Virus record (IMG/VR): IMGVR_UViG_3300037087_000760
Span: 62,001 to 126,000 of that record
Length of the DNA stretch: 64,000 nucleotides
Strand: one strand, 5' to 3'
In this document: in pieces, positions 1 to 9,436 of the stretch
Layout: every line of letters starts with the position of its first letter
Numbering within the stretch: position 1 is the first letter of the stretch
Notes under the pieces: generated by a model
Database searches by the model: none
What the model was told of the DNA's origin: nothing
What the model saw: only the letters and a program-made list of their open reading frames with translations
Made by a program: the position numbers and the translations under genes

Positions 1-94
1 TGAGGATCATATCCATACACATCATAAAAAGGATTCTCTTTTGTTAATCGAACTTTTTCTTCACGAATATTAATCCATTTCATTATCCATTGTT

Positions 95-646
95 TTAATG
101 TGCAATCCTTATTACACCTTGTTCTTTACAAAATTTACACCTACATGGTGCTGGACTATGATCTTCTGGGCTTCCATTCGGTTCCGCACCATGCCATCTC
201 CAACGATCTTCGGCACCCATCAAACAATAAACACCATCATCCTTACCAGTTGTCATTTGATACTCATGATTTAATGTTTCTTTTCGGTAAATAAAATCTT
301 CAAAACTTCTTAGAACTTCTTCATTTGATTTACCTACATCAAAAGTCCAATGTTCGAACCATGTTAAACACCAAACTTCAAACTCTACAAACTTGATGTC
401 GATGGTTACATCATTAATATTTTTAATGTCAAGTTTATATTTATCCCACCATTCAACAAAAATTTCTGAAAGTTCCTTTTCGGATTTTTCTTCTTTAAAC
501 ATTCTTCGAAAACTGGTACTATTCCAAATTCTACCCTCTGGTAAATCTTTATACCAATTAGGATAATTTGGATCTTGAATTCCATCTTCACTCCATCTAA
601 CAGAGAATGAATAAATGGGAAAAGCTTGTTCTTTATTAATTTCCAT
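95..646 (-). CDS. hypothetical phage protein
   Basis: 183-aa ORF in a co-oriented gene run; no recognised motif. Confidence 0.7.
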   Translation of the reverse strand: MEINKEQAFPIYSFSVRWSEDGIQDPNYPNWYKDLPEGRIWNSTSFRRMFKEEKSEKELSEIFVEWWDKYKLDIKNINDVTIDIKFVEFEVWCLTWFEHWTFDVGKSNEEVLRSFEDFIYRKETLNHEYQMTTGKDDGVYCLMGAEDRWRWHGAEPNGSPEDHSPAPCRCKFCKEQGVIRIAH

Positions 647-649
647 AAT

Positions 650-1453
650 TTACTTATAATTAGGGATAATCTTGGTTAAATATTCCCATTCCTGAGAAAA
701 TATTGGTGGATCAACAACAACCCATTTACCATCCACTTTTACGATAGCACGGCCACGCTTTAAACCAGTTGGTATTTTATCCCAATTCTGACCTTTCTGA
801 AAAATCATTTCTTGTTGTTGTTTGGAATTTTTTCCATTTAATTGAGATCGTGAAGAATGTGGATATAAGGATTGTGCCACCGATGAAATACTATTTCTGG
901 TGGCATCTCCCTGACGCCAAACCAGATAGTTGATAACATCAGTCGGGGATGGAATGGTGAATACTCTGGAATCAAAACGAGCACCTTTATTTTTTTTAAT
1001 GAGTTTTATGACATCAGATAGTTTAACTAATCCCAATAATTCATCAAATTCCAATGAATTCATTGATGCCGCTAATAACCAAATATAAAATTCTTTATTG
1101 AATGTTTCAGTTACAATGGAAGCGGAATTACTACAAATCTTCTGAACAATTCCATCCCACCAAGGCATTGTTTTAATATCATCAAAATCGGTCATGATGA
1201 TAGAAATTTCATCCGATTGAACAAATCCAATTTTACAACCCTGAGCTTCTTCACAAAGAGCAATAGCGGATTGATTCATCATATTCACAAAATTTTCATC
1301 AAATGGTCTTTTGAACCTCTTAGTGAATGTGTGGAAAGCACGACCATCTACACGGATAAGAGTATATGTTCTCTGAGGGAGTTTACCACGAGTGACTTCC
1401 TCATAATTTTTCATTCTTTCCCCTAAAGAATCTTTCTCTGGTTTCTTACTCAT
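650..1453 (-). CDS. tRNA-His guanylyltransferase-like protein (Thg1/TLP)
   Basis: Motifs RVDGRAFHTFT, QSDEIS, FDSR, YLVWRQGDATRNS, typical of the Thg1 family. Confidence 0.92.
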   Translation of the reverse strand: MSKKPEKDSLGERMKNYEEVTRGKLPQRTYTLIRVDGRAFHTFTKRFKRPFDENFVNMMNQSAIALCEEAQGCKIGFVQSDEISIIMTDFDDIKTMPWWDGIVQKICSNSASIVTETFNKEFYIWLLAASMNSLEFDELLGLVKLSDVIKLIKKNKGARFDSRVFTIPSPTDVINYLVWRQGDATRNSISSVAQSLYPHSSRSQLNGKNSKQQQEMIFQKGQNWDKIPTGLKRGRAIVKVDGKWVVVDPPIFSQEWEYLTKIIPNYK

Positions 1454-1512
1454 AAAATATTTGTATTAATCAATCTAACAAAAATAGATTATTTATATGA
1501 ATAAAAAAAATT

Positions 1513-2193
1513 TTAAGCCAATAATTCTATTTTTCCTTTCAAAATATCTTTCCAACGACACGACTTTCCAGTAATGTGATCAGTTACAACATCTTCTCTT
1601 ATTCTATAAGTCCTTCTTTTTTGACCTCCCCTACTTCCATTTCCAATTTGGTCATTACGAAAATTCTTATTCTTCTCGTAGTTTTTCTTATCTTCGATTA
1701 CTTTTAGTTTCTCATATAATCTCTGATAAGCTATTTCTTCATTTTTTGTTTGGTCTCTTGTGTCTTGACATTTAATTTGAATTCCAGTTGGAATATGAGT
1801 TAATTGAACACAAGAGGCCACTTTATTCACATTCTGACCACCAGCTCCAGAACTACGGATATATTTCTTAGTTATCTCATTATAATTCAACTGAAGGTCT
1901 GTATTAACTTCTGGGTTCATAATTGCCACCGTTACGAAGCTGGTTTGAACCCTACCATTCTTTTCGGTAGGTGGTATCCTCACAAAACAGTGTGATCCAC
2001 TCTCATTACTAAAAAGTTTTTTTACTTTCTCACCTTTCAGTCAAATGGAGGCAAACCCATCTCGTTCTTCTACTTTATATGAGAAATCATTATTTCTACA
2101 CACTTTTGTATAGATGTTGGTTAGATCCTTAACCAATAATTTAGAGTCATTTCCACCCTCGGATGCTCTTATTTCTATTTTAATTGTTTCCAT
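1513..2193 (-). CDS. RF1-like peptide chain release factor lacking domain 1, with in-frame TGA at codon 51
   Basis: ATG at 2193 gives METIKIEIRASEGG...; in-frame TGA at 2043-2041; then ESGSH..RIPPTEKNGRVQTS (PxT motif) and SSGAGGQNVNK (GGQ). Confidence 0.85.
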
Positions 2194-2422
2194 TTATTCT
2201 TTTATTTATTTTTTTAATTATTACATTATCCCAATCTATCATCAACGGTTCTGGTATTTTTATTCCTTTACTGGTGAATTCATTGAGTATTTCCCGTTCT
2301 GTAAAACTCCCCTCAACAATACCATCGGTCCATTGTTGTAACCATAATCCCCAGCTCTTTTTACCCATGATAACACCCTTTAATATATTAGGATGATAAC
2401 TGGATAAATCATCCAATCTCAT
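2180..2422 (-). CDS. hypothetical protein (frame stays open upstream to ~2654)
   Basis: ORF track; frame extends upstream without an in-frame ATG. Confidence 0.5.
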   Translation of the reverse strand: MRLDDLSSYHPNILKGVIMGKKSWGLWLQQWTDGIVEGSFTEREILNEFTSKGIKIPEPLMIDWDNVIIKKINKRINGNN

Positions 2423-2810
2423 GATACCATTCTCAAATAATTTAAAGGAAACTTTTCCGTCATGTCCATTTGAATCGAACTTGACCTCTACGGATGAACC
2501 ACAAAAATCTAATATACCAACACGATATGACCGTAGAAAAAAAGTAAATATTTCGTTGAAACCCTGAGAATGTTTCTGACGATGGCGCTCTTCTCGCGTC
2601 CCTATAACTTTCTTTCTCTCCTCAATGTTGAGGTGTCTTGTGCTTTTGGCATATTATTCACCCTTTCTTAATCATTTTATAAATTTTTATACAAGATATA
2701 ATACTGACAATTATCAATATTAATCCAAATATTAGAAATATTAAAAACATTTTACTTATATATTAATGTAAAAAGTATAAGTTTAGACCAATTACAAATT
2801 TATTCTATTT

Positions 2811-2999
2811 TTAATGTTCCATTTCCCAATTACAATCCCCACAATTACTACAACGAATTCCTTCTTCGTTTGGGTCATCTTCATATTCTTCATGTTCAAG
2901 TCTGGAGTCGAGACAAGTCATACACATATAAGATGAAGATTCTTTAATCAGTCCGTATTGTTCTTTGATATAATCAAAAAATGGTTTTATGTACTTCAT
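2811..2999 (-). CDS. small Zn-finger protein with capsid-targeting-like N-terminus
   Basis: MKYIKPFFDYIKE; two CxxC pairs; upstream AATATATA motif. Confidence 0.65.
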   Translation of the reverse strand: MKYIKPFFDYIKEQYGLIKESSSYMCMTCLDSRLEHEEYEDDPNEEGIRCSNCGDCNWEMEH

Positions 3000-3054
3000 T
3001 AGAGAAAATTTCTTTTCTCTATATATTTAAATATCAAAGGTGATTTCTCTCAAA

Positions 3055-3840
3055 TCAATATTTATTTTCGAAAGTATAAGCCTCGACTTCAACACCATTA
3101 TCTGTTTTCAAAGTAAACCTAAAATAATCTTTCTCATATTTATCCAGTTTACTTATTTGTTCTCCGTTCAATTCCAATACTCTACCAAAAACTATACCAC
3201 TTGGTTGAGAATGAAGTTGAAGATAGTTTCTTCCTTCCTTAAATACATTCAACACCATCCAATTACTTATACTATCAACAGAAAGAACTGTCGGTAAATC
3301 ATATTCAAAAATCTTCTGTTGAATTTCTGGTTTCTGTAAATCACCATATATAAAAAGTTTCATCATTATTTTATCAAAAAGTTTGTTTTCTATTTTAGTT
3401 TTATATTTATTCAATTCCTTATTGAAAATCCATGTATCTTCCCATCTAACAATTTCCTCACTTAATATACCTTCGAGTTTAGAGTACCTTTCTTTATTAA
3501 TCTTTTTTTCGTAGTCTAATTCTACTTGTCCATCGTACTTGAGTATATGTTTACCATCCACACTAACTCTATCAAAGGATAAACCCAGCATTTGACTTAT
3601 ACCCATTGGTATCGGTCCCCCAAATATCCCAGAATATGATTGAGGAATTAAAACATCTTTTTCACAATCACAACACCATATATGAGATTCAAATTCCGAC
3701 CATTCTATATTACTCCCACCACACAATAAACATTCGATTTCATATTCTACTGGTTTCTGAACATAAATATGAGAACGGAGAACTTTCGGAGCATTCACCA
3801 AATCGTCATCACAGAGTTTATCTTTCAAATGTTCTACCAT
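3055..3840 (-). CDS. Zn-ribbon plus C-terminal gamma-glutamylcyclotransferase-like domain protein
   Basis: CLLC/CCDC pairs; LFIYGDL...VFGRVL..LDKYE..Y.R. Confidence 0.5.
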   Translation of the reverse strand: MVEHLKDKLCDDDLVNAPKVLRSHIYVQKPVEYEIECLLCGGSNIEWSEFESHIWCCDCEKDVLIPQSYSGIFGGPIPMGISQMLGLSFDRVSVDGKHILKYDGQVELDYEKKINKERYSKLEGILSEEIVRWEDTWIFNKELNKYKTKIENKLFDKIMMKLFIYGDLQKPEIQQKIFEYDLPTVLSVDSISNWMVLNVFKEGRNYLQLHSQPSGIVFGRVLELNGEQISKLDKYEKDYFRFTLKTDNGVEVEAYTFENKY

Positions 3841-4265
3841 TATTTTCCAATACTTATGTGATTATACCATTTAACACATTTTACGAAGTGTTTAAACACT
3901 GGTAAGATATCATATAAAGTAACCAAGTGGTCAAGAGTATCACAAAGTTCAACATATTCGGATGATACTTTCTTTATACTTATTTCTATTGCGATGGGTA
4001 ATGGTTTTTCATTAAGAGAATCCCATTTTTTAATGGCACCTATTAAAAAGTTCCAATCCTTATGATATGGTAAATCTCTTACCGACCTACCCAAATAAAA
4101 ATTACCAATAAGTTTTTCTGGATTTGAAGTACCTCGAACTATATTGGATGTTTTTGACCACCACCAACCCGGTTTTATTTTTAATGGGTTGTTAAAGGGA
4201 ATGTATTCATACCCAATGAATTCAGCAATTAGTCTATTACCATCATTTATTTCTTTCGTAGTCAT
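3840..4265 (-). CDS. hypothetical phage protein
   Basis: ORF, overlapping start/stop with neighbour. Confidence 0.7.
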   Translation of the reverse strand: MTTKEINDGNRLIAEFIGYEYIPFNNPLKIKPGWWWSKTSNIVRGTSNPEKLIGNFYLGRSVRDLPYHKDWNFLIGAIKKWDSLNEKPLPIAIEISIKKVSSEYVELCDTLDHLVTLYDILPVFKHFVKCVKWYNHISIGK

Positions 4266-4268
4266 TTA

Positions 4269-4691
4269 TCAACCATTTAGATATGAATAATAAGCGTTTG
4301 AATCCAAAGGAGTAGTATCAATCTCACTCGTATATTCATACGCCTTAGCTGGATAATCACAAAACATCGGTTTTGGTTTTACTGGCTCTTGTTTAGGTTT
4401 TATTACTTTTTCGATTTTTACTTTTATTCTGTTTCTAAAAGATACTTCACTTTTCCCACCACTTAATCTTTTTACAGCATCCCAACATTGTTTATCTGTT
4501 TCAAATCCTTTACAAAATAAAAGATCTTCTGTACCTCTCACCAATTTCTTGAGATCAATTATTGTATATAAGACAGTTTTCCTTAAATTGAATGGTTTTG
4601 TACAAACAACAAATCTTTCATCGAAAGCTCGAACTGTATAACATTGTTTTTCTTCTAAGAATTTTATTTTATCTCCAATACCTATTTTCAT
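4269..4691 (-). CDS. hypothetical phage protein
   Basis: ORF in gene run. Confidence 0.7.
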   Translation of the reverse strand: MKIGIGDKIKFLEEKQCYTVRAFDERFVVCTKPFNLRKTVLYTIIDLKKLVRGTEDLLFCKGFETDKQCWDAVKRLSGGKSEVSFRNRIKVKIEKVIKPKQEPVKPKPMFCDYPAKAYEYTSEIDTTPLDSNAYYSYLNG

Positions 4692-5042
4692 ATATTCTTA
4701 TTATTTTATTCGTATTCTATTTAAAAAGTTCCAATCCACTTCTTTCATTTTTAATACTCTTTTCTTTTCCTTAATAACAGATTCAACCATCTTTATAAAC
4801 TCAGGGTCATTGAAATCAATTTTCTTAACCTTAATCTTACTGTGCTTTAATATGTCTGATAATTTAGTGTTTGGCATTTTTTCTTTTTTTCTTTTTTAAT
4901 CTGTCTAAAACCATTTGTTTTTCTGAATCTGTATATGTTGTCCAATTTGATATTTCTTCTTTCGTTCTATGACAACCTATACATACTCCATCTTCAAGTG
5001 TACATATAAATAAACAAGGACTTTCTATCATGAATTTATATA

Positions 5043-5429
5043 TTATTTTTTCCTGTCCTTAATTTCTTCTACATCTAATCTATAAGCTTTTCCTTTACCC
5101 GATTCTTCCTCTGCTTTATATCCATAAGTGAAACACATACCAAACTGTAAATATGATGGTTGAATTAATCCACCTTTTACCCATCCAGTTTCGAAATCGA
5201 ACCATCCCCAATAATCAGGTGGTTTTTGCTCTTTTTGATTCTCACTAACTGTTAATTTAACATTAAGTATATCCTTTGGATCATCACCATATAAGCAAGC
5301 CGACATTGGAGTAATACCAAAATGATAGAAATATTCTTTTTTATCATGAGTTAAAGTTTTCACAGCAGTTGTTGTGAAACTTTTAGTGAACTTTACCTTT
5401 TTTACTGGATGTTCATTTAAGTGTTTCAT
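5043..5429 (-). CDS. hypothetical phage protein
   Basis: ORF, ATGA coupling. Confidence 0.7.
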   Translation of the reverse strand: MKHLNEHPVKKVKFTKSFTTTAVKTLTHDKKEYFYHFGITPMSACLYGDDPKDILNVKLTVSENQKEQKPPDYWGWFDFETGWVKGGLIQPSYLQFGMCFTYGYKAEEESGKGKAYRLDVEEIKDRKK

Positions 5430-5815
5430 AATATTTCATTTAATTTCTGTTTTCTATCTTCATTCTTATGAAATTCTTCGTTAATTATTTCTGTTTTTAT
5501 ATGAACATTTTGAATTAAACTAAACGGAACAAATTGAAAAAGAACTGGATATTTTTCTGATATAGGATGACCTCTTTGTATTTCAAAACTATCATAAACA
5601 TTGAAAAATTCAAATAAAATTGATCTATTATCCATCGTATCTTCATTTAAAACAATCGAATAATGTAAATCATCATTCGTCCTCCCAGCAAATTGAATCA
5701 AAGAACTATGATTCATGAGAAATAATCGAACATAGGAATCTACAGCTTCCTCAATATTAAATTTTATTTTGTTTTCGAGATATTCGGAATAAAGATTATA
5801 AGTAGTATCTATCAT
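5426..5815 (-). CDS. hypothetical protein with C-terminal RxxKLxEIL motif
   Basis: Ends DRKQKLNEIL. Confidence 0.7.
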   Translation of the reverse strand: MIDTTYNLYSEYLENKIKFNIEEAVDSYVRLFLMNHSSLIQFAGRTNDDLHYSIVLNEDTMDNRSILFEFFNVYDSFEIQRGHPISEKYPVLFQFVPFSLIQNVHIKTEIINEEFHKNEDRKQKLNEIL

Positions 5816-6310
5816 ATTTATTTTGTTTCCTTATAATACTTATATAACATTTTCAACACTTTGTTTTTATCTCCTATTTCAGTCATACCTTTTTTTAACT
5901 TTCCAATATTTTCAATCCAGAACATAAGTTCATTACAAAATTCAACCTCTCCCTGAGTCCAATCTGGTTTCCAATTCGGATCTTCATTTTGCATCCATTT
6001 GACAAAATCAAGATAATATCCGTAGTATAAATACTCTCCGAATACTTTATTTTCTTCTTTTATTTTACTTTCCTTTGCCATCTTCAAAAGATTCACATAC
6101 AAAATGATTATTAATATCTTTTACCCATTGTAAACTAAATTCATCCCCCTTCTCGGTAAGATGTTCTGATATCCATTGTTTATCTTTTTCATGTTCCAAT
6201 GACTTTTCATCAGTACATTTTTTATTGACAAATAAAAAACATCCATTACAACTTAATGTTTCTAAATATTTTTCAAAAGATTCTTCACTTTTTAAAGGAT
6301 GTTCCATAAT

Positions 6311-6562
6311 TCAATTTACTTTTTTCAAATAAAGTTCATTAGCTAATTTTTGATAACTCGAAGTGGTATTCTTCTTCGTATCCTTTACAACCTGCATTCC
6401 TATAATGACCAAATCATGTAATGCTGTCCAATCACCATTATCAGCAAGATAATCAACGAATTCATCAGGATTCATACCATTTACATAACGAACACCATCA
6501 CGGATTTCACAATTGTATTCTTTCCCGTTTAACTTCAACTTACCTTTTATCCTTTTATCCAT
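6311..6562 (-). CDS. hypothetical phage protein
   Basis: ORF in gene run. Confidence 0.6.
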   Translation of the reverse strand: MDKRIKGKLKLNGKEYNCEIRDGVRYVNGMNPDEFVDYLADNGDWTALHDLVIIGMQVVKDTKKNTTSSYQKLANELYLKKVN

Positions 6563-6624
6563 AATATTAAATGTAAGTTTATTTTTTCAAATAAAAAAAT
6601 TAAGACGGAATTTTATCTGTAAAG

Positions 6625-6696
6625 AGCTGGTGAATGGATTTGAACCATCGTCTATTGAGTACGAATCAATTATTCTACCTACTAAACTACACCAGC
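6625..6696 (-). tRNA. tRNA-Thr(CGT)
   Basis: Cloverleaf; anticodon arm ATTGA-TTCGTAC-TCAAT. Confidence 0.88.
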
Positions 6697-7005
6697 ATTT
6701 CTGTATTGAGTTTTTCTATAATTTTTTCAAGATTTATGATCATTACCATATCTACATTTATCTGCTTTATTGTGATATGGCCTTAGTTTTCCTTTTCTTC
6801 TTTTTCCATAATATAACCACCAAAAGGGTTTATATGATTTATGTTTTCTACAAACACATTCAGAATAAGGTTCGATAGCAAACCAATAAATTCTGAATTC
6901 TTTCCTACTTATGGAAAAATCTTCTAACTTCTTTCTATTTTCTCTCATTTCGTTGGTATTATTTTTTATAACACCTAACGAAAATCTCCTTTCTTTTTCA
7001 TAATT

Positions 7006-7344
7006 TCAAAAAACAAATTCAAATGATGGAATCGTTCTCCAATATCTTTCTTTTTTAACCTTTTTTTCCATCCACTGTTTTCTGTTTTTGGAAATAAGTT
7101 TCCAATTTGGATAACGAATATCCCAATATTCAACTCGATTGGAATAAAGTTTAGTTCCAGTAATTTTTCTTCCGACATAACCCCAACTGGTATATCCACC
7201 ATACCACTTTCCAGATCTATTTTCATTCTTGTGATAACCACAAAAAGAACAACGAAGTTTACCCTCTTGTTCAAGCATCTCTTTTCTCAAACGATTGTAA
7301 ACATACCTGTTATCGGTTGTCTTGTACTCAAATCTTGGTCTCAT
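7006..7344 (-). CDS. small basic Trp/Arg/Lys-rich hypothetical protein
   Basis: ORF with CSFC. Confidence 0.6.
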   Translation of the reverse strand: MRPRFEYKTTDNRYVYNRLRKEMLEQEGKLRCSFCGYHKNENRSGKWYGGYTSWGYVGRKITGTKLYSNRVEYWDIRYPNWKLISKNRKQWMEKKVKKERYWRTIPSFEFVF

Positions 7345-7439
7345 ATGTTTCTAAATTATTTTTTAATAACTTAGAAAACACATCCTTTCCTTTTCATATG
7401 ATTTATATATTTTTGTAATTATATAATGTTTTTTCCATT

Positions 7440-7805
7440 TTAGATTTCATTAGAAAGAAATAAATGAGTATTACCAGCAAATACTAAATCAGAACCGTTC
7501 ACAATCCATCTCTTACTGAAATGTTCATTCTTGTTTATCGTAACAACTGGTGTTTCATTTAACTTAGCTGAATAAATATCAATATCTATTCCTGTTATAG
7601 ATTTACCAGTATGTGAAAATTTCAAAATAGATTTATCAATAAGAATACCTGTTTCTTCTTGCACTTCTCTCACAAGACCATCTTCTGGTGTTTCTCCCTC
7701 TTTGACTTTACCACCCGGTAATGCCCATCCAAATGGTTTCTTCTTTCTTAAAAGAAACAAAATTTCATCCTTTTCGTTTCTTAATATCAATAATACTGTT
7801 TTCAT
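7440..7805 (-). CDS. NUDIX hydrolase
   Basis: Nudix box GGKVKEGETPEDGLVREVQEETG. Confidence 0.9.
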   Translation of the reverse strand: MKTVLLILRNEKDEILFLLRKKKPFGWALPGGKVKEGETPEDGLVREVQEETGILIDKSILKFSHTGKSITGIDIDIYSAKLNETPVVTINKNEHFSKRWIVNGSDLVFAGNTHLFLSNEI

Positions 7806-7827
7806 TTCACATTTTTATTTTAATTAG

Positions 7828-7901
7828 TCGGGGTGAGAGGACTTGAACCTCCGACCTCATGCTCCCAAAGCACGCATTCTAGCCAACTGAACTACACCCC
7901 G
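7828..7901 (-). tRNA. tRNA-Pro(TGG)
   Basis: Canonical cloverleaf, loop TTTGGGA. Confidence 0.93.
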
Positions 7902-7907
7902 ATGGTG

Positions 7908-7981
7908 TGGAGTAGGTGGGAATCGAACCCGCGACCTCCTGATTGCAGGTCAGGTGCTCTAGCCATCTGAGCTACTACCCC
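7908..7981 (-). tRNA. tRNA-Ala(TGC)
   Basis: Cloverleaf, G3-U70, loop CCTGCAA. Confidence 0.9.
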
Positions 7982-7990
7982 ATTTGTTTG

Positions 7991-8064
7991 TGGAGATGAA
8001 GAGAATTGAACTCTCCCAGAAAGTTTGCAGGACTTCCTCGCCAAGCCTTGGTACATGCACCCCC
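7991..8064 (-). tRNA. tRNA-Ala(TGC), atypical D arm
   Basis: G3-U70 acceptor stem, loop CCTGCAA. Confidence 0.8.
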
Positions 8065-8069
8065 AATAA

Positions 8070-8295
8070 AAAGAATCTGTCCAATTTTCCAGTGGAATAA
8101 TCTTGGTAGTTTCAGTGGCCCCTCAATCGGAACATGATTAATCCGCGACAGTACGGTCCGAATCCGTACCCGTATGAATCATCTCAATTACCTCTACTGA
8201 TGATATTAGACCCTCTGGAAAGGGGCTATGATTTAGGTTGGCTTTCCCTATGGGAAGTACTCTCTTATCTACACTCATCTTCAAGCAGATTCTTT
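8070..8295 (-). ncRNA. candidate structured ncRNA inside tRNA array
   Basis: 10-bp terminal inverted repeat AAAGAATCTG/CAGATTCTTT enclosing several nested hairpins; no good ORF. Confidence 0.5.
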
Positions 8296-8449
8296 GGTGT
8301 GGATTTCTTACCGTATTTCAACACTTTGGTAAGGGTTAATTCATTTCATCCACAAATACCCTGTTACTGTTCCGAATCTGTCCTCAGACAGTCTATCACA
8401 ACGGATTAAGGTGTACAATTTGATAGAAAACACCTGTCGAAAGTTCCTG

Positions 8450-8524
8450 TGTTCTTGAACGGCCTCGAACCGTTGACCCCCGCCCTGTCAAGGCGATACT
8501 CTGAACCAACTGAGCTACAAGAAC
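8450..8524 (-). tRNA. tRNA-Val(GAC)
   Basis: Canonical cloverleaf. Confidence 0.92.
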
Positions 8525-8533
8525 AAATACGGG

Positions 8534-8661
8534 CGAGGAAAGTAGGACTTTAACCTACACCGATTGCTTTAACCACAACCTGTTCTTCCCGACTGTTTAA
8601 ATACCCGCTCAACGATATTTACCGTTGAATTATTTAAACAAATCCCTTAAACTATCTCCCC
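8534..8661 (-). ncRNA. tRNA-like RNA with long hairpin inserted in the D loop
   Basis: GGGGAGA/TTTCCTC acceptor stem, GTAGG-TTAAAGT-CCTAC T arm, ~55-nt hairpin in D loop. Confidence 0.6.
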
Positions 8662-8737
8662 ATATATTTTCATTTGTATTATATTACAAACAAAATGGTC
8701 AATTTTGTCCTGAATATAGTACATTTTCAAAGAACTG

Positions 8738-8812
8738 TGCGACTGCAGGGATTTGGACCCCGGACCCTCTGCTTGTAAGGCAGATGCTCTGAACCAACTG
8801 AGCTACAATCGC
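8738..8812 (-). tRNA. tRNA-Val(TAC)
   Basis: Cloverleaf. Confidence 0.9.
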
Positions 8813-8817
8813 TTGTG

Positions 8818-8903
8818 TAGGACTACCCGGACTCGAACCGGGATTATACTTCTCGTCTCCACTTTGTAGGAGTGGGATGTTTATCCAGTTACACCATAGT
8901 CCT
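8818..8903 (-). tRNA. tRNA-Val(TAC), long variable region
   Basis: Loop CCTACAA. Confidence 0.82.
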
Positions 8904-8913
8904 ATTAATTTTG

Positions 8914-8986
8914 AGCCGGTGAAGGGACTTGAACCCATATCTCAGCCTTACCAAGGCCACATTTTAACCATTGATACTACACCAGC
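8914..8986 (-). tRNA. tRNA-Thr(GGT)
   Basis: Loop TTGGTAA. Confidence 0.88.
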
Positions 8987-8992
8987 TTATGT

Positions 8993-9070
8993 GATCTGCG
9001 TTTTCCCCTTTAAACTACTGACCATCCTTAATCGGATAATCAGATTGGAGTCGAACCAACAATTCAGATC
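8993..9070 (-). ncRNA. circularly permuted tRNA-like module (YrlA-like order T arm, closed acceptor stem, D arm)
   Basis: GATCTG..GTTGG-TTCGACT-CCAAT-CTGATTATCC-gattaa-GGATGGTCAG-TAGTTTAAAGGGGAAAAC-G-CAGATC. Confidence 0.7.
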
Positions 9071-9073
9071 TCG

Positions 9074-9147
9074 TGGAGTGTAAGGGAATCGAACCCTTGG
9101 CGTTAGACTGCCAGCCTAACATTTTAAACCATCTGAACTAACACCCC
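9074..9147 (-). tRNA. tRNA-Ala(GGC)
   Basis: Cloverleaf, G3-U70. Confidence 0.9.
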
Positions 9148-9163
9148 GTTCATTATATTTTTG

Positions 9164-9236
9164 AGCCAGTAGAGGGATTCGAACCCCCATCCCATGTTTA
9201 CAAAACACGAATAATCAACCATTATACTATACTGGC
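9164..9236 (-). tRNA. tRNA-Thr(TGT)
   Basis: Cloverleaf. Confidence 0.9.
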
Positions 9237-9243
9237 TTTTGTG

Positions 9244-9328
9244 AGCCGACTGAGGGATTCGAACCCCCGCGGAGCCGAAGCTCTCCTGATTACAAGTCAG
9301 GTGGTATCAACCACTAACCGAAGTCGGC
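9244..9328 (-). tRNA. tRNA-Thr(TGT), long variable arm
   Basis: Loop CTTGTAA; variable arm GAGC-TTCG-GCTC. Confidence 0.88.
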
Positions 9329-9333
9329 GTTTG

Positions 9334-9436
9334 TGGATTGGATGGGATTCAGACCCATTCGGTGATCAAACCGTTTCGAAATTACCCTCGGTGTCAACCG
9401 ATACTGTGGAGTCAAACCACAACAGATTCTCAACCC
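9334..9436 (-). ncRNA. tRNA-like RNA with multiple T-loop-like hairpins
   Basis: GGGTTG/CAATCC-A ends (G3-U70) and four short hairpins. Confidence 0.45.

Noticed and set aside
8070-8295. Lysine or cobalamin riboswitch, or L1-stalk mimic
   Set aside because: Only short words match (AGTAGAGGT, GCCACTG, GTGTAGATA); the overall architecture could not be matched by eye.
8534-8661. Ochre suppressor tRNA (TTA)
   Set aside because: It lacks U33, has a degenerate T loop and a large D-loop insert, and UAA is the dominant stop; kept only as a tRNA-like RNA.
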